From Eledone cirrhosa (Eukaryota), in the NCBI GenBank assembly GCA_964016885.1, contig OZ024745.1, positions 58,900,001 to 58,964,000 on the forward strand: a stretch of 64,000 bases of DNA, given 5' to 3'. The first letter of the stretch is position 1. Each line of letters opens with the position of its first letter. Below are positions 1 to 11,561 of this stretch, in pieces. The notes beneath the pieces were generated by a model. That model saw only the letters and a list, made by a program, of their open reading frames with translations. It had not been told where the DNA came from and did no database searches. The translations under genes were made by a program, and so were the position numbers.

Positions 1-624
1 CAACGAAAATTTTTTGCCCCAAACCTTAACACACGAAAAATAACTATCAGGAAAGCATTTCCTAATTTACAGCTTGGTGCTTTGATCTCCAACAAATAAG
101 GAACTCTAATGACCTTGCACCAACACCCTATAAATCGCTCATCAACCAAGATAGCTCCGTAATGAACATAAAACCTATATCCACCCTGTCTTTCCCTGAC
201 TAAGCCACAAAACAAGCAAAATTAAATTTTTTGTACTCAGCAGTTTAACTATATAACTTCTTAAAGAATCATCTACATAATCTGCCTAAGCAAAGCAAGG
301 TGTATTGCTTATGCAACACATGGTGTAAATGATGCAGCGAATTCTATACCGCAAGTTGCTGTTCCTTCTTCACCAGCCTCAATCTTAACACCACAGAATT
401 ATCATAAAATTCACACTGAATGCATCAAAGCACTTTCTTTTACGTAAGAAGCTTTCAATTCCTTTTTTTTTACTTTTTTTTTTTTTTTTACTCAAAATAA
501 AGTAGAAGCAATTATTGAAATAATAAGATTTTTGTGAAAGCTGTTTTATTTTTCATTATTTTTCATTGATCATTGATGGCAATATATATATATATATATA
601 CATATATACATTTAGAGGTATATG

Positions 625-703
<79 letters not shown>

Positions 704-1074
704 CCATCGATTTTCGATTGCCTTCTATAAATCCTCGTCGAGCAAAATGTTTGCAGAGTTTATTAGGTTCCAGTTTCGTGCTATAAATTTGAGAAATGAA
801 TATCGCTTTTTGTAGTTATGTATAACTTCGAACCAAATGTGTATATCTGCCTATTCAACTTGCCTCCTCTTTTTCTACTCCTCCTTCTTTCAATGTAGAT
901 ATTTATATATATACTCAAACATAACGGATAGTAAATAAATAAATCATAATCCATTAGTAGTGTATACGCATGCAATAGATGGTGGGGTCTTCCATCGATT
1001 ACCCACATATTTAATTGCCTCCACATATCAGGAACCACGACTCGCTGCATTTGGCATTCGTAATCCCATCTACA

Positions 1075-1161
<87 letters not shown>

Positions 1162-1204
1162 TAGATAGATAGATAGATAGATATATAAGTTGAAATAAAA
1201 TGAA

Positions 1205-1301
1205 AACGAAATTTCATTTCTCACTCTTAGTACGGCACTTACTTAAATGTAAGTATGTGTGTATACGTACATACATATATGTATACAGACGTACAGTAGC
1301 A

Positions 1302-1367
<66 letters not shown>

Positions 1368-1686
1368 CAGGTACACATACATATATGCACGTATCAGTAT
1401 GGGTATACGGTGCTGATGATAGCTAACAAGCTTGAAACTAGTACATCGTTCCTGTGTCAGTGTTGAACAAAAAGGTGACGTGGTTGCCTTAACACCGTAC
1501 GGCTAAAAATTCATGCTGTTCAGTTTGTTTACAAACGAACAAAGCGGCGTTATAATAAGCGTCCGCTAAACTGATACGTGCATATATGTATGTGTACCTG
1601 TATGTATATATATATATATATATATGCATGCTACTGTACGTCTGTATACATATATGTATGTACGTATACACACATACTTACATTTA

Positions 1687-1688
<2 letters not shown>
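1205..1688 (+). mobile_element. Non-autonomous PLE/pLTR-type element: inverted arms (about 1242-1398 and 1570-1688) around a hammerhead
   Basis: The arms are reverse complements and the element is flanked by microsatellites. The same family occurs at 50012-50412 (-) and at 58622-58945 plus 59595-59712 (+). Confidence 0.7.
1407..1449 (+). ncRNA. Type I hammerhead ribozyme (minimal, palindromic helix III)
   Basis: acggtg-CTGATGA-tagctaacaagctt-GAAA-ctag-TA-catcgt: all core bases present, helices I-III pair, GUA triplet. Confidence 0.85.
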
Positions 1689-1744
<56 letters not shown>

Positions 1745-1904
1745 CAATGATATCAATTCAAAACACATTAGTTTCATGTGTTTGCACTAGTATATATATA
1801 TCTGTGTGTGTGTGTGTGTGTAGTAGTGTGTATGTGTGTAGTGAAAAAACGGGAGGTTATAACCAAAGTTGGTAGAGCATTCAGTCCAAAGGATGATGTT
1901 GGGT

Positions 1905-2023
1905 AGAGAGTTAGTTCCACAACTATTTAACAAACTATACTTGAGGACACGTGTTTCACCCAAATCCTTTTGGTGAGACACGTGTCCTCAAGTATGATAA
2001 ATTTGTTGTGGAACTAACTCTCT
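1905..2023. repeat. Short pLTR-derived hairpin containing the 3' half of a hammerhead
   Basis: Inverted arms gagagttagttccacaac...cttgaggacacgtg / cacgtgtcctcaag...gttgtggaactaactctc. The minus strand reads GAAA-cacgtg-TC, but no CTGANGA is present. Confidence 0.55.
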
Positions 2024-2041
2024 CTTTCTTTCTATATACAT

Positions 2042-2107
<66 letters not shown>

Positions 2108-2113
<6 letters not shown>

Positions 2114-2368
2114 TGTAATAAACAACATAATGCAATTATTCCATTTACCAGTGGTTTCTTAAAAGCAAAAAATGTTGCTTTCAATCCTCAGAATGAAAAA
2201 AATCCAGGATTTTTTCATTCTGAGGATTGAAAGCAAAATTTTTTGCATTTAAGAAACCACTGGTAAATGGAATAATTGCATTATGTTGTTTATTACATAA
2301 CTATTAAGCTCTGTTACCTACATAGAGCACTCTTTTTTCCTGGACTTTTCCGACGGAATTACTTCATT
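2108..2368 (+). mobile_element. ORF-less inverted pLTR palindrome (2108-2304) plus a 3' tail
   Basis: Near-perfect palindrome centred near 2205, a hammerhead in each arm, and (TA)n/(CA)n flanks. Confidence 0.8.
2213..2272 (+). ncRNA. Type I hammerhead ribozyme (mirror copy on - at about 2138-2198)
   Basis: tttcatt-CTGAGGA-ttgaaagcaaaattttttgcatttaa-GAAA-ccactgg-TA-aatggaa. Confidence 0.85.
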
Positions 2369-2369
2369 T

Positions 2370-2438
<69 letters not shown>

Positions 2439-2544
2439 GAATTCCAACTTTGTCTGATTTACTCGTTTTATTTACAATCCTTTAACATTTATAATGGTAT
2501 TAGAATGAAATAGTATGGTAGAATATTAAATGTTAAGTGTTAAT

Positions 2545-2584
2545 TGAACAAGTACTTTCATGCTTTCGCAATCTTCAGGTTCAT
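2545..2584 (-). ncRNA. Type I hammerhead ribozyme in the 3' pLTR
   Basis: Minus strand: tgaac-CTGAAGA-ttgcgaaagcat-GAAA-gtac-TT-gttca. Confidence 0.8.
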
Positions 2585-2947
2585 AATGTGTGGTGACAGT
2601 CAAGTTTGCAATTTTCAACTGTAATGAGATGGGTAAATTTTGTGTCTTATATACAGTGAAAAGTGGCTCCCGAATGCTAAATCGTGCAAACTGTATTTCG
2701 ACCAATCGGTATGTAGTTTCACTAGATTACTAAAGCTGATTGGTTTAGGCGTCACGGTTGGTTGAGCATGTCTAACGACTACTAATTGACCCTATCCAAA
2801 GCATCAATTGTTTTGCTATTTTTAGAAATGATGAAAATAGCCTTTTCTAGTAATCATCACCATTAACATCACTTTTATTATTATTATTATTATTGTTGTT
2901 GTTGTTGTTAGTGGTCGTAGTCATAGTCATAGTAGGAGACCCCATTA

Positions 2948-3983
2948 TTATTGTTCATTTAGCTTGGGTTTGAATTTATCAATAAAATTCTTTTCTTTGA
3001 TTTTTCTCTTGATTTCAATTTGTAGAATGGGAATATTATAAATATTCCCTGACCACATGTTGCTAGATGGTTACTTAGGGGTATCTGACGGACATTTGGG
3101 TCTCTGAGTATTTAACCGCTTTTATTCCTAAATCATGTGTAATGTTGGTGTAAAGGCTTACCACATCAAAACTAAGTAGAAGTGAATTCGTTTCCATGGT
3201 TTTGGGAAGATGGGACAGGAAGTCGATATCATCCTGGATGAAACTGGGTATGTGAATACATAGTGGTTTCAAAATAATGTCAACAAAATTGCTTAGACGG
3301 TGGGTGGGGCATGTTGGACCAGCTATAATAGGTCTAAGTTTTAAGCCTTTTGGGTGTAGTACTTTAATGTACTCACTGTTTTGTTCTCTTACTGCCAGTT
3401 GGATTTCTTTTGACTTATGAACTTTCGGTAGGTCATACAGGTTGCTGGGTTTCGGCTCAAAATTGGTGATGTAGTCTCTTTCCTTATCAGTAAGTGAGTT
3501 GTGGTATTTTGAAGCCAGGTTGTTGATCTTCTTCATGATGTTGTGGTCTATATTTGACGGTATTTCATGATAGAATGTTGTGTCTTTCAGTTGTTCCTCA
3601 ACCAAATCCTTGTAGTATTCAGCATCCATTATAACAACTGCACCTCCTTTATCTGCTTGTTTAATTATTATTTTTTTTATCATTTTGTATACGTTTAAGT
3701 GCAGACATTTCTGATTTGTTAATGTTTGGCCTAACATTAGTAATATGTCTAAGAGGAAATTTAGACAGGATTTCAATGTATTGGTCGAGATAGATATTTC
3801 TTCCTTTGGCGGAGTGAAATTTGATTTATTCTTTACTAGTGATTCATCACTCTCATTACTTTTATCAGCGAAGAATTCTACAAGACATAATTTTTGACAG
3901 AATTCTTGGGTATCCTCCTTCAGTTCTTGGTGGTTGACTGTTGAAGTCGGTGTGAATTTCAGTCCTTTTGACAGAATTTGCAT
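2948..3983 (-). pseudogene. PLE reverse transcriptase remnant (frameshifted; RT core and most of GIY-YIG deleted)
   Basis: LSKGLKFTPT, IIIKQADKGGAVVIMD, LPKVHK, LRPII and SFDVVSLYTNI motifs. The sequence jumps from RT motif A to the protein C-terminus. Confidence 0.85.
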
Positions 3984-4480
3984 TTCATCATTGTCAACAT
4001 CTCTTTTGGATAAATTAATTATTTTAGGATCTACGTGTACAGTTGTTTTGGGTATGTTTCCTCCTGGAGTTTTTCTTTTTTCGGTTTTTGTTGTCCTGAC
4101 GTTAAAAAAGGGATTTTTCTCTGTTCAGGATTTATATTCCTGTTGGTGTTTGCTTGATGAACTTTTGGTCGTGATATTATATTTGGTTTCGTTATGTATT
4201 TTGTCCTATTTTTGGTATTATGTATATTATTTTTCCATTTCTTGTTAGCATTATTTTTAACAATCTGGGGAAATGACCTAGGTTTGCTTTCAGGTTTAGA
4301 TCGTTTTTTCGCCCAAAGTACTTGTTCAATTAACACTTAACATTTAATATTCTACCATACTATTTCATTATAATACCATTATAAATTATAAAGGATTGTA
4401 AATAAAACGAGTAAATCAGACAAAGTTGGAATTCCTTTTATTTATATAATCTTCTATACACAATCATACACACACGTGTA

Positions 4481-4590
<110 letters not shown>

Positions 4591-4978
4591 CAGTGGGGGC
4601 GGGGGCACCTACATGTAGAATGCTATCATTTAATTTTTGTAATGAATAAATAATTTTTTTTTAAAATACATAAGTGGAAACAAAACAGTGCAATCAAATT
4701 TTTGCAGGAAAATATCTTACCTTCTCCAATAAAAAATATGTATTTTGCGAAATCCAGAGACTTTCAATAATGACCTTTGGTCTTTTACTCTCATGGGAGT
4801 GCGTGTATATGTGTGGATGTACATGTGTATATATAGATTTATATATATATAAACATATGTTTTCAACTTGTACAAAAATCCCTAAGGATCTAATTGACAT
4901 TGTATATATATATATGTGTGTGTGTGTACGCGTGTGTGTGAGTATGTGTGTATACATATATGTATGAATATGTATGTT

Positions 4979-5033
<55 letters not shown>

Positions 5034-5116
5034 TTAACATAATTAAATTCAATTAATTCAACAGTTAAACACACATAGGAATACTAAGGTTTTTACCAAA
5101 GAGCCAGACGATAGAC

Positions 5117-5551
5117 AAGTCGACCCTAAATATGACTACTAGCTCTAGGAAAGCCATGAACGACACCATCTCTTTATAACTTTGATTTTGAAAGTGGGAT
5201 TATAATTATTAATTTTCATTATACTTTTGTGGCTGTCTCAGCGGCCTAGTTGGAGGATTCATAGACGGTGGTGATCCTGGTCCGAAGTTCGATCCTGGTC
5301 GGGAGTAGGTTTCCAGGTAAGCCTTTTATTTTTTTTTCTATAGGATGTAAAATAAAAACTGAAAAAGATTACATGCACCTCTCGACCAGGATCTTCACCG
5401 TTTCTAGTACCTACTGCTAGTCCACTGAGACAGCTACGAAAATCTACTGAAAATTCATACTTATAAACCTACTTTCAAAATTTTCAAAACAAAATGATGT
5501 GATGTCGTTCATGTCTTTCTTAATGTTATTGCTCCTACTTAAGGTCGACTT
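5117..5551. mobile_element. Old foldback/MITE-like element with long imperfect inverted arms
   Basis: Paired segments aagtcgacc/ggtcgactt, atgaacgaca/tgtcgttcat, ttttgaaagtgg/ctactttcaaaa and gctgtctcag/ctgagacagc; B-box-like GTTCGATCC at about 5287. Confidence 0.6.
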
Positions 5552-5719
5552 CTAAATCATTTGGGTGTTCCATAAACTACATCCTTGTTTTGTTTCTCAT
5601 CTATCTAGACTACATTTTAACCTGTAATATATGTTTCATTTCCGTTGCAACTCATTTCTCCCTCCCCTCCCTCTCTCCCTCTATCTATCTCTCTGTGATA
5701 TTTGAATCTACTATGATTC

Positions 5720-5820
<101 letters not shown>

Positions 5821-5882
5821 TTTGCATGTCAGATTCAAACTTATAATGATTGGCATTGTATATATATATATACAATACATAC

Positions 5883-5934
<52 letters not shown>

Positions 5935-5938
5935 GTAT

Positions 5939-8002
5939 GTTTATTGATATTTTTTATCTGTTTGTCCCGAATCTTCCTTTATCGATTTTATATCGTATGG
6001 TTGATTGTAGACTTGTTCTATATGTGACGGTATTTTAACGATAGTTATAGCTCTGATTCATCTGAATTATTGAGCCCTCTGCCGCTCATGTCGAATCTCG
6101 TTTATCGTGAACTCGTGCGCCGATTTTTCGATACTCGATCTTTCTAATATATTTAGCTCTGGACATAGCTATCCACCAGTTAATTTTATTGCTCATTTTT
6201 TGTCGATTCTATTGAGTGATGAATAGCTTTTGTTTTATTTTAACATGTCTATTGAGCACTCTAATTCGATATGTGTATTTCCACATTCACTCGAATTGTT
6301 TTCGCGGATATAGGGGTTATCTCCCTTGTCTAATGCCATGTGCGTTTTTCACTGGTAGTTGGCTCCTCTACCGCCAGGAAAAAAGCTCGTTGAGAAAGTA
6401 AAACTCCGTTCCGCTTGCTCTAGTAGGCTTTTATATTTATATGTGAGCTGATAGAGTACAGTCTAAGGATTTACAGAAACCCATGAAGCTAGATTTAACA
6501 CCTGTCTAGTGGGTCCGGGTATGATTTTACATTCATTTAAATTATTGACGTATTGTTTTATTGATATTTTTTATCTGTTTGTCCCGAATCTTCCTTTATC
6601 GATTTTATATCGTATGGTTGATTGTAGAATTGTTCTATATGTGACGGTATTTTAACGATAGTTATAGCTCTGATTCATCTGAATTATTGAGCCCTCTGCC
6701 GCTCATGTCGAATCTCGTTTATCGTGAACTCGTGCGCCGATTTTTCGATACTCGATCTTTCTAATATATTTAGCTCTGGACATAGCTATCCACCAGTTAA
6801 TTTTATTGCTCATTTTTTGTCGATTCTATTGAGTGATGAATAGCTTTTGTTTTATTTTAACATGTCTATTGAGCACTCTAATTCGATATGTGTATTTCCA
6901 CATTCACTCGAATTGTTTTCGCGGATATAGGGGTTATCTCCCTTGTCTAATGCCATGTGCGTTTTTCACTGGTAGTTGGCTCCTCTACCGCCAGAAAAAA
7001 GCTCGTTGAGAAAGTAAAACTCCGTTCCGCTTACTCTAGTAGGCTTTTATATTTATATGTGAGCTGATAGAGTACAGTCTAAGGATTTACAGAAACCCAT
7101 GAAGCTAGATTTAACACCTGTCTAGTGGGTCCGGGTATGATTTTACATTCATTTAAATTATTGACGTATTGTTTTATTGATATTTTTTATCTGTTTGTCC
7201 CGAATCTTCCTTTATCGATTTTATATCGTATGGTTGATTGTAGACTTGTTCTATATGTGACGGTATTTTAACGATAGTTATAGCTCTGATTCATCTGAAT
7301 TATTGAGCCCTCTGCCGCTCATGTCGAATCTCGTTTATCGTGAACTCGTGCGCCGATTTTTCGATACTCGATCTTTCTAATATATTTAGCTCTGGACATA
7401 GCTATCCACCAGTTAATTTTATTGCTCATTTTTTGTCGATTCTATTGAGTGATGAATAGCTTTTGTTTTATTTTAACATGTCTATTGAGCACTCTAATTC
7501 GATATGTGTATTTCCACATTCACTCGAATTGTTTTCGCGGATATAGGGGTTATCTCCCTTGTCTAATGCCATGTGCGTTTTTCACTGGTAGTTGGCTCCT
7601 CTACCGCCAGGAAAAAAGCTCGTTGAGAAAGTAAAACTCCGTTCCGCTTGCTCTAGTAGGCTTTTATATTTATATGTGAGCTGATAGAGTACAGTCTAAG
7701 GATTTACAGAAACCCATGAAGCTAGATTTAACACCTGTCTAGTGGGTCCGGGTATGATTTTACATTCATTTAAATTATTGACGTATTGTTTTATTGATAT
7801 TTTTTATCTGTTTGTCCCGAATCTTCCTTTATCGATTTTATATCGTATGGTTGATTGTAGACTTGTTCTATATGTGACGGTATTTTAACGATAGTTATAG
7901 CTCTGATTCATCTGAATTATTGAGCCCTCTGCCGCTCATGTCGAATCTCGTTTATCGTGAACTCGTGCGCCGATTTTTCGATACTCGATCTTTCTAATAT
8001 AT
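5939..8002 (+). repeat. Tandem array of a 616-617 bp unit (about 3.3 near-identical copies), retrozyme-like
   Basis: Unit registers at 5941, 6558, 7174 and 7791. (TA)n lies on both sides. The unit has a hammerhead-like motif and many local hairpins. Confidence 0.95.
6441..6532 (+). ncRNA. Variant hammerhead-like motif (repeated at about 7057-7148 and 7674-7765)
   Basis: CTGATAGA-gtacagtctaaggatttac-aGAAA-ccca(tgaag)ctagat...gtctag-tggg-TC. Helix III is strong with a GUC triplet, but the core spacing is non-canonical and helix I is poor. Confidence 0.45.
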
Positions 8003-8460
8003 ATATATATATATAAATGTATGTATTGTATATATATATATATGGGTTGAGGAAGGCCAAGCTGTGTGCTTACTGTTAGAAGGTAAGGCGACACAAACAA
8101 GAGATGGAAAGGTTCCCTTCGTCAGCTGTTTACTACGGATCATGGATGTTTCGGCGCATTATAAACATAACATCAATCCATAGCGCGCCCATAGCCTTTT
8201 ATCTATCAAAAAGCCATGAGGAAAAGAAGTGATAGCGAAGAGAGAGAAAGAAAGAAAAAAAGGGAAGAATAAAAAAAAAAGGAAAAAACGAAGTAAACAT
8301 ACCGATAGAAGGGGGAACACAGGATAATGGCACATGTAAGCGAGTAACCGGTCTATATTTCTTTATGCTCTCGGATTAAGGTGCCTGTAACGTACAAAGC
8401 CGGGCAGATTTATATGCCAATAACTTTTTTATATGGTGCACCCTTGACTTTGTTCCTGTT

Positions 8461-8536
<76 letters not shown>

Positions 8537-8538
<2 letters not shown>

Positions 8539-8922
8539 CTAGTTGAGAGATAGAGTCCTATCGGTTGCCAGTTAATCGCTTTATCGTGTTGGTTGTCACA
8601 AACAGTCATGACCGGCACGGGCCGGTGTTTGGATTATGTCGATCGATTGGTTATTGATTGGACGATACCCGCTGATGAAGCCGCATAAGTCGATTGTGCA
8701 TTGTTGCATAATATATGCAGACAGATGGTGCAGTACACCTTACTGCTGCATTAGTGCGGCAGAAACTCGAGTCCGGGAACCTTATAGGCACCCGTTTTAC
8801 GTGTGTTGCGTTGAGGCAAATAACTATGTGTATACCCTGGTAATGTATCTTACATTGCCCATTGAGTGCGCTGATATACAACCGGTACTAGCATTGATAA
8901 ATATGGTGGGTCCGTCAACCCT

Positions 8923-8928
<6 letters not shown>
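8537..8928 (+). mobile_element. pLTR-type non-autonomous element with hammerhead and 3' tail
   Basis: Hammerhead at 8668-8777. The tail 8848-8928 recurs at about 58536-58621 (-). Microsatellite flanks. Confidence 0.7.
8668..8777 (+). ncRNA. Type I hammerhead with an extended helix II (about 83 nt)
   Basis: cccg-CTGATGA-a-gccgca...tgcggc-a-GAAA-ctcgag-TC-cggg. Confidence 0.85.
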
Positions 8929-8995
<67 letters not shown>

Positions 8996-9020
8996 TGGTT
9001 ACACAACAGTTAGTTCACCA

Positions 9021-9063
9021 TACCGAGACAAATTGTTTCACCTTACCGGATCCTCAGCTCGTA
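9021..9063 (-). ncRNA. Hammerhead ribozyme with helix I slightly out of register
   Basis: Minus strand: tacgag-CTGAGGA-tccggtaaggt-GAAA-caatttg-TC-tcggta. Confidence 0.6.
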
Positions 9064-9151
9064 ATGGACATGGTTATACGGAACAGCCTAACTCGTCCCA
9101 TGCATGGACTGAGTGCTCTACCACTACAGATATTACCTTTCGGTGTTCTAC

Positions 9152-9199
<48 letters not shown>

Positions 9200-9229
9200 A
9201 TATAGGAAAAGGTTCAGGACTCCGATGAC

Positions 9230-9610
9230 AGAACTCAAATGCATTTCTCGATAACGAGAACATTAATCGTATAGGGAAAGCCATGAGTGTATTTGGCAAT
9301 CTCTGTCTTCGCCTTTGGAGGGGGGGGGGTGCATAAACCTGGACACTAAGATACAGGTTTATAAAGTTGTACTGACCACGCTCTTATATGGATCAGAATC
9401 TTGGACTCCATTTAGGTCACACATCAACCAACTGACGTCTTTCATAAAGGTTGTCTTCGCTCAATCTGTGGGTTCACACTCGAAGACAAAATATCTAACG
9501 CTGACCTCTGCACTGAAACCTTTATTATGAAATCACAACTACGCTGGGCCGGTCATGTCATCAGAATAATTGATAAAGAATATCCCAAGTTCTCATATAC
9601 CGCCAGCTTC
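9230..9610 (+). pseudogene. RTE (BovB-like) LINE RT C-terminal fragment
   Basis: RIGKA..FG.L, TKIQVYKVVLTTLLYGSESWT and QLRWAGHVIR motifs, with frameshifts. Confidence 0.8.
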
Positions 9611-9974
9611 ATGCTCTTTTTTTTTTCTGTCAGTCTGTTTAATATTCTCCACTACAGGTTTCTGATAGAACAAATATAATACCGAATTCAATATACCATT
9701 TTTTTTTTAAAATTCAATGTATTTACTTCATATTTTAAAACTTCTCTATTTCTGTTCTTGATTTATTCATATTTAATATACGTATCACATTAATATCTTC
9801 CTATCTAATGGACATTATATAAACATTCACATCGTGTTTGGTTATTTCTTCTGATCAATAATCACTGAGTAGTGTTAATGAATAATATGGAGATTCCAGG
9901 AATACATACATGTATGCATACATACACACACACACACACATACATATATACATACATATATACATACATACATG

Positions 9975-10510
9975 ATGGCTGCCCCGTCGTTATCGAGTAT
10001 GGCCATTGCATGATATACCATTATTAATAATTATTAATTAATTCTATCGTGCAATGCCTGTGCGTGAAGATATTTTTTAAAGTGAGGAAAGACTGTGCAC
10101 TGAGCCAATCCCACTCTCTGAGCGACAGTAGCTATAACCCGAAAAGAAGAAAAGATCAACATCATCGGTAACTACAGAGCCGCAGGTTTTATATCGGAGT
10201 TATCCCAGTTTCCTGAGTTGCCTTCTCCTAGAAGCATGCCCTGGCAAAGGTTAGGAGTCCTTCACTCCCAGTGGTTTAACCGCGCGGTACATGTCTATAT
10301 ACATATTCACACACTTTTGGATGGCCGTTGACTCTTATGAGGTCTTCCGCCCTTTGTCAGGTTTTGTTTTTTGTCCTCCAGGGTGTCCAAAATCACCCTC
10401 CTCACCAAGTAAACTTGGTGGGGTTTCAGGATTAGTCGCCCACGACCCAACCATGCGACAGGTTGTACTGGGTTACATGTTACCAGTAGCACTCAAGAGT
10501 GACCCGACAT
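9975..10510 (+). mobile_element. Diverged copy plus a 3' partial copy of the ~600-bp (ACAT)n-associated element
   Basis: Similar to 10611-11218 (tgcctgtgcgtgaag, agccaatcccactctct, ccttctcctag, ttaccagtagcac). Confidence 0.65.
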
Positions 10511-10610
10511 ACATACATACATACATACATACATACATACATACATACATACATACATACATACATACATACATACATACATACATACATACATACATAC
10601 ATACATACAT

Positions 10611-11218
10611 GGCGGCTGCCAACTCGTTTTCGAGTACGGCCACTACTTTATATCCATGTAGGAGAACCCCTACCGATGTGCTGAACAAGTGTGACTTTTT
10701 AGTCCAGCCAGCGACTTGAAAACTCTGGTACAAACACTACACTTGTGACAATTATTGGCACATAGTGCTGGGCCCATGGTACCATGTGACGACAAGTGCA
10801 GAGAGATCTCCAGATATAAAGCAATGCCTGTGCCGTGAAGCTTTTATAGTGAGCAAAGGCACTGCACAAAGCCAGTCCCACTCTCTTAACCAAGATGATA
10901 TTTACCAAAAAGAAGAACAAGTCAACATCATTGGATACCATCAGGGTTGCAGGTGTTATATCAGAGTTTTCCTTCTCCTAGAATTCTGCCTTGACAAAGG
11001 CTAAGGGGTCATCTCTCCCGGTGATTTTGGATGGCCATTGACTCTTAAGAGCTCCTTTGCCCTTTGACAGGTTTTGTTTTTAGTCCTGCAGGATGTCCAA
11101 AGTCACCCTCCTCACCAAGAAACCTTGGTGGGGTTGCCAGTTTAGTCGCCAACGACCCGACCATGGGACAAGTTGTACTGGGATACATGTTACCAGTAGC
11201 ACCAACTGGTGACCTGAC
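10611..11218 (+). mobile_element. ~600-bp non-coding retroposon, probably an RTE-derived non-autonomous element
   Basis: Near-identical copies at 58986-59594 (-) and 61868-62477 (+). It sits in (ACAT)n. The RTE link is inferred from UTR-like sequence. Confidence 0.75.
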
Positions 11219-11287
11219 ATACATACATACAAACATACATACATACATACATACATACATACATACATACATACATACATACATACA

Positions 11288-11319
<32 letters not shown>

Positions 11320-11334
11320 CTGTTTTCACGCTAA

Positions 11335-11505
11335 GTAAGGCAGCGAATTGTCAGAGTCATTAGAACCTCTGATAGAATCCTTAGTGTTAGGTATTCATTA
11401 AGGGTCTCAGTGATCTGAGTTCAAATCCCAGCGAGCTCAATGATGCTTTTAATCATTTCGATGGCGATAAATAAAGTACCAGCCCAGCATTGGAGTTGAT
11501 TCATC
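11335..11505 (+). mobile_element. tRNA-derived SINE (diverged)
   Basis: B-box gagttcaaatcc and core gcttttaatcatttcg...gataaataaagtaccag. Confidence 0.65.
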
Positions 11506-11507
11506 CG

Positions 11508-11561
<54 letters not shown>

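Larger units (their letters stand above)
2433..4440 (-). mobile_element. Penelope-like element, internally deleted, with inverted terminal pLTR arms (2433-2558 and 4315-4440)
   Basis: PLE RT N-terminal motifs, an endonuclease C-terminal remnant (KEKNFIDKFKPKLN) near 2950-3070, inverted arms, a hammerhead and (TA)n flanks. Confidence 0.85.

Noticed and set aside
1-450. Unique-looking sequence at the window start
   Set aside because: No ORF or motif that I could recognise.
700-770. Hammerhead-like CTCGACGA...GAAA-atcgat on the minus strand
   Set aside because: The core is altered and there is no UH or helix I, so it is at best a decayed remnant.
6216-6401. Repeated 61-aa ORF in the tandem unit
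   Set aside because: GTG start, no recognisable motifs, and the end is altered in copy 2 by a 1-nt deletion.
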